DNA of 64,000 nucleotides from Candidatus Bathyanammoxibius amoris (GTDB lineage: Bacteria > Planctomycetota > Brocadiia > Brocadiales > Bathyanammoxibiaceae). Shown one piece after another: positions 61,073 through 64,000 of the stretch (its first letter is position 1; each line of letters begins with the position of its first letter). A program made the translations under genes and the position numbers. Under the pieces are notes generated by a model, which was not told the origin of the DNA, ran no database searches, and saw only the letters and a program-made list of their open reading frames with translations. Where the stretch lies: contig JAMXCW010000009.1 of the NCBI GenBank assembly GCA_024451685.1, positions 3,872 through 67,871 on the forward strand. The letters are read 5' to 3'.

Positions 61073-63118
61073 TTAACCTACCTCTGTCTTTTCTCTCAGA
61101 TTCCTATAGCGGCCCAGGGCCATCAGCGGGAAATAATTGCGGTACATGTGATACTCCAGATAGAAGAACTTTGGGAAACCGACTGCGTTCCACTCGTCCT
61201 CGTCCCAGGAACCGTCGTCTTTCTGGGTGCTAATCAGATACTCGACGCCCTTCTCCACTTCGGGGGATTCCACCTCGCCGGCTGCAAGGAGTCCCATCAG
61301 GGCCCAGGCGGTCTGCGACGGCGTTGCAGGCCCTTTTCCCTTAAACGCGGGGTTATGGTAACTTGTGCATCTCTCGCCCCAGCCGCCATTGGATAGCTGC
61401 ACGCTCTTCAGCCATGCCACCCCCCTCTTTACGTAGTCCTTGTCCATATCCTCACCTACGGAGACAAGCCCCGTCAACACCGACCACGTGCCGTATATAT
61501 AATTGTTGCCCCAGCGGCCGAACCAGGAGCCATCTTTTTCCTGCTCCTTCTTGAGAAACTCTACCGCCCTGGTCACCGCCCTGTGGCCCATGTCAAACCC
61601 GACCCTGCCGAACCAGTCAAGACACCTCCCGGTGACGTCACTTGTGGAGGGGTCCAGTATCGCACCGAAGTCTGCGAATGGAACATGATTTAGGAACTGT
61701 TTGTCGTTATCCTTATCAAAAGCCCCCCATCCGCCGTCGTTGCACTGCATCCCCAGGAGCCACTTTGTGCCCCTCAGGAGCGCCCCTTCCTTCTTCGCCC
61801 CCGCCTCCAGCAGTGCGATGCGCTGAAGGCCCATCAGCACCACGGCAGAGTCGTCCGTATCGGGAAACCACTCGCAGGCATACTCGAAATACCAGCCGCT
61901 AGGTTCCACTTTAGGATTCTTTATACACCAGTCACCGTGGTTCCGCACCTCTTTAGTGAGGAGCCACTTACCCGCTTTAAGCAGCGCCGGATGATTCCTC
62001 AACAGGCCTGAATCATGGAGCGCTATAACCGCCCAGCCGGTATCCCACACCGGCGAGGTGCACGGCTGCATGCGGAGGCTGTCTTCCTCCTCTATCTTAA
62101 GCTGTTCCACCTCCCGGAGCTGCCTCTTTATCTCAGGATGGTCATTGGGATAACCCAGGGCCTTCAGAGCGAATATGGTGTTCATAATCCCCGGCCAGAT
62201 GGCGCCTAGCCCGGCGGATTTCTCCTGCCTCGACAGTATCCAGTTTGCCGCCCTTTTCACGGCAATTTCCCTCAGGAAGTGGATGGGCCGCTTCTGGTAG
62301 CGTTTAGCCAGACTGTCCAGGGTTATAAAGAAGTTGTACCACGTGAGGGCGGGCCGTTCTCTTTCTATCTCATCCTTGGAGGTTTCTTTGGGTTCGGTGT
62401 AGAGTTCGTCTATGTTTACACCAACGTCCACAGAATAATCCCGCGCCTGCACAATCGTCAGGGGGACCACGATGCATCTGGACCAGTAGGACATCTCGTA
62501 TATATTAAACGGCAGGATGGAGGGAAGGAGCATCACCTCGACCGGCGCGGCAGGGGCCCACCTGGGATCAAGCTGTTTGAAGATAGTGAGGTATATCCTC
62601 ATGAAGGCGTTGCACTTCATAACCCCGCCGAGCCCCAGGATACATTCCCTGGCCTTCCGCATCGAGGGCGCATCCGCGGAGTGGCCGGCAAGTTTGAGCG
62701 CGAAGTACGCCTTTACGGACACGCTTATCTCGCTGGGCCCGTTGGCGTACATGTTCCACCCGCCGTTGGGGAGCTGTTTGCCGAGTATATAATTGACCGC
62801 CTTCTTCTGCTGGGTTTTATCCACTTCTCCGCCTGACGCGGCCAGGAGGTGCATGAGCAGGATGTAATCAGACGTTAGTGACGAATCCGCCTCCAGTTCA
62901 CCAACCCAGTGTCCGTCGTCCTTCTGAATGCCCAGAAAATAATCCTGTGTCTTTTGGATGGCGTCTTTAAGCCCTGACGGGGGTATCTCAGACGGAAAAT
63001 CCCCGGGCACGTTATAGGCGAACCTGTCCATAACGGTCAGCGGGATTCGGCCGTTTGTCCTTATGCCCTTGAAACGCATGTTAATCCTGTCAAGGAGTCT
63101 GGGAACGAGTTTATCCAT
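61073..63118 (-). CDS. shc: Squalene-hopene cyclase
   Basis: Catalytic DTDD in WFPDTDDSAVV and multiple QW repeats (QCNDGGWGAF, QLSNGGWGE, QKDDGSWDE, QEKDGSWFGRWG); 681 aa. Confidence 0.95.
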   Translation of the reverse strand: MDKLVPRLLDRINMRFKGIRTNGRIPLTVMDRFAYNVPGDFPSEIPPSGLKDAIQKTQDYFLGIQKDDGHWVGELEADSSLTSDYILLMHLLAASGGEVDKTQQKKAVNYILGKQLPNGGWNMYANGPSEISVSVKAYFALKLAGHSADAPSMRKARECILGLGGVMKCNAFMRIYLTIFKQLDPRWAPAAPVEVMLLPSILPFNIYEMSYWSRCIVVPLTIVQARDYSVDVGVNIDELYTEPKETSKDEIERERPALTWYNFFITLDSLAKRYQKRPIHFLREIAVKRAANWILSRQEKSAGLGAIWPGIMNTIFALKALGYPNDHPEIKRQLREVEQLKIEEEDSLRMQPCTSPVWDTGWAVIALHDSGLLRNHPALLKAGKWLLTKEVRNHGDWCIKNPKVEPSGWYFEYACEWFPDTDDSAVVLMGLQRIALLEAGAKKEGALLRGTKWLLGMQCNDGGWGAFDKDNDKQFLNHVPFADFGAILDPSTSDVTGRCLDWFGRVGFDMGHRAVTRAVEFLKKEQEKDGSWFGRWGNNYIYGTWSVLTGLVSVGEDMDKDYVKRGVAWLKSVQLSNGGWGERCTSYHNPAFKGKGPATPSQTAWALMGLLAAGEVESPEVEKGVEYLISTQKDDGSWDEDEWNAVGFPKFFYLEYHMYRNYFPLMALGRYRNLREKTEVG

Positions 63119-63156
63119 GGTGAAGTAGTATCTACCCCGGGGGTTTTTGTAACCTT

Positions 63157-63441
63157 TTAGCGTTCATACGCACTGACGGCATCCAAAGTCATCCAGATTT
63201 TCATGGCGATAATTACAATGAATAAAATAATGTAACGAATATCAAAGATACTGTCACCGGCCAATAACCACATTGCCAGAGAACTACCAAGGGCAATAAC
63301 GAGGGCGGTGATTGCACCTATCCTGTAATACGGACTAGCCCATAGAAATATTAGATTACCGAGCCCGGGAAAAAGCGTGAGCCAGGTAACAAGGAGCATT
63401 ATTATAAATTTTACAAACCCGACTCTCAACACCTTTTCCAT
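63157..63441 (-). CDS. Small 3-TM membrane protein, paralog 1 of 3
   Basis: 94 aa. It shares FxKFxIMLLVTWLT, PYYRxGAITAL and KIWMTxDAxSA with the next ORF, and starts 38 nt upstream of shc. Confidence 0.55.
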   Translation of the reverse strand: MEKVLRVGFVKFIIMLLVTWLTLFPGLGNLIFLWASPYYRIGAITALVIALGSSLAMWLLAGDSIFDIRYIILFIVIIAMKIWMTLDAVSAYER

Positions 63442-63548
63442 GTAACACCTCCAGCCTGTGTGTGACCCTTATCCATGCGCACCCCTTTAAGCCACGCCGC
63501 GAGTGACGCTGTCAATGCTGTCCCGGGGCGGGGTGTGCTTTCTAATCA

Positions 63549-63839
63549 CTAATCAAAGAACGCGCTTATGGCGTCTATCGTCATCCATATCTTCAAGGCG
63601 AAAACGATGACAAATGCAATATAAACCGCGACGTCGCCAAGACCTACAAGGCCTATGCCCGCCAGGATTATTATAACCAGAAAACACGTAACGGAAATGC
63701 CGAGGGCAGTGATGGCCCCGGACCTGTAATACGGGAAAGGCCACAGAAACAACAGGTTAGCCAGTCCGGGAAAAGTAAGCCAGGTTACAAGAAGCATTAT
63801 CAGGAATTTCCCGAACCCGACGTTTGTTCTATGCCCCAT
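63549..63839 (-). CDS. Small 3-TM membrane protein, paralog 2 of 3
   Basis: 96 aa, with clear similarity to 63157-63441 along its whole length. Confidence 0.55.
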   Translation of the reverse strand: MGHRTNVGFGKFLIMLLVTWLTFPGLANLLFLWPFPYYRSGAITALGISVTCFLVIIILAGIGLVGLGDVAVYIAFVIVFALKIWMTIDAISAFFD

Positions 63840-63884
63840 CTGACGCCTCCAATCTTAAGCGCGAAATACTGCCTGCGCTACCTG

Positions 63885-64000
63885 TTAAGTTACACCACAC
63901 GGAGAAAATCCGCTGGAGACTCTAACCACAGCTTGTGTTCTTCTATAGGGGACAAAGGCCGTGATGGCATCCAGTGTCATCCATATCCTCATACCCATAA
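63885..64000 (-). CDS. Small membrane protein paralog 3 (C-terminal part only; continues beyond the window)
   Basis: The reverse-strand reading gives ...GMRIWMTLDAITAF..., followed by a 24-aa tail and TAA at 63885-63887. Confidence 0.4.
   Translation of the reverse strand, partial: MGMRIWMTLDAITAFVPYRRTQAVVRVSSGFSPCGVT

Overview
Densely coding chromosomal window on both strands. About 60 protein genes, and no rRNA, tRNA or CRISPR array that I could recognise. The gene content fits an anaerobic, hopanoid-making bacterium (Desulfobacterota- or Nitrospirota-like lifestyle); taxonomy cannot be fixed from this sequence alone.

Main blocks, in order:
- 1-9.8 kb: housekeeping genes, including a lipid kinase, an EndoIII-like protein, pyrC, NYN, VanZ, fxsA, HAD, a cyclase, a Grx-like protein and a DUF362 Fe-S protein.
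- 9.8-10.6 kb: an AT-rich REP-associated tyrosine transposase (RAYT) embedded in arrays of its REP hairpins.
- 10.7-18.6 kb: a giant S41 peptidase, trpC, an FTR-like protein, an orphan parB carrying an internal parS, a QueG-like protein and a TPP decarboxylase.
- 18.8-23.1 kb: a group-1 membrane-bound [NiFe] hydrogenase operon (small subunit, large subunit, cytochrome b). It is interrupted between the small and large subunits by an ArsM-type methyltransferase that looks like a selenoprotein (in-frame TGA plus a SECIS-like hairpin). The large subunit appears to start at a non-canonical codon.
- 26.2-35.0 kb: a beta-oxidation/ETF module (thiolase, Hbd, MBL, crotonase, etfB, etfA, membrane Fe-S ETF:quinone oxidoreductase). 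The etfB-etfA spacer is invaded by a GIY-YIG cassette bounded by inverted repeats.
- 35.6-43.4 kb: a secreted GH18 protein, a GabT-like aminotransferase, a stand-alone LigD phosphoesterase, two ferritin-like proteins, an outer-membrane barrel and a Cys-Ntn hydrolase.
- 43.6-51.8 kb: PilS/PilR-like two-component genes plus pilB, pilC, a pilM-N fusion and a pilO-like gene, with no pilin or secretin.
- 54-64 kb: mtnA, purE and a hopanoid locus. The locus holds an HpnG-like phosphorylase, a 1113-aa lectin/phosphodiesterase lipoprotein co-transcribed with hpnH, shc, and three tandem paralogous small membrane proteins upstream of shc.

Intergenic DNA is littered with at least four families of palindromic REP/REPIN-like repeats. 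All functional calls come from reading motifs in the translations and from memory of protein families. No database search or computation was run.
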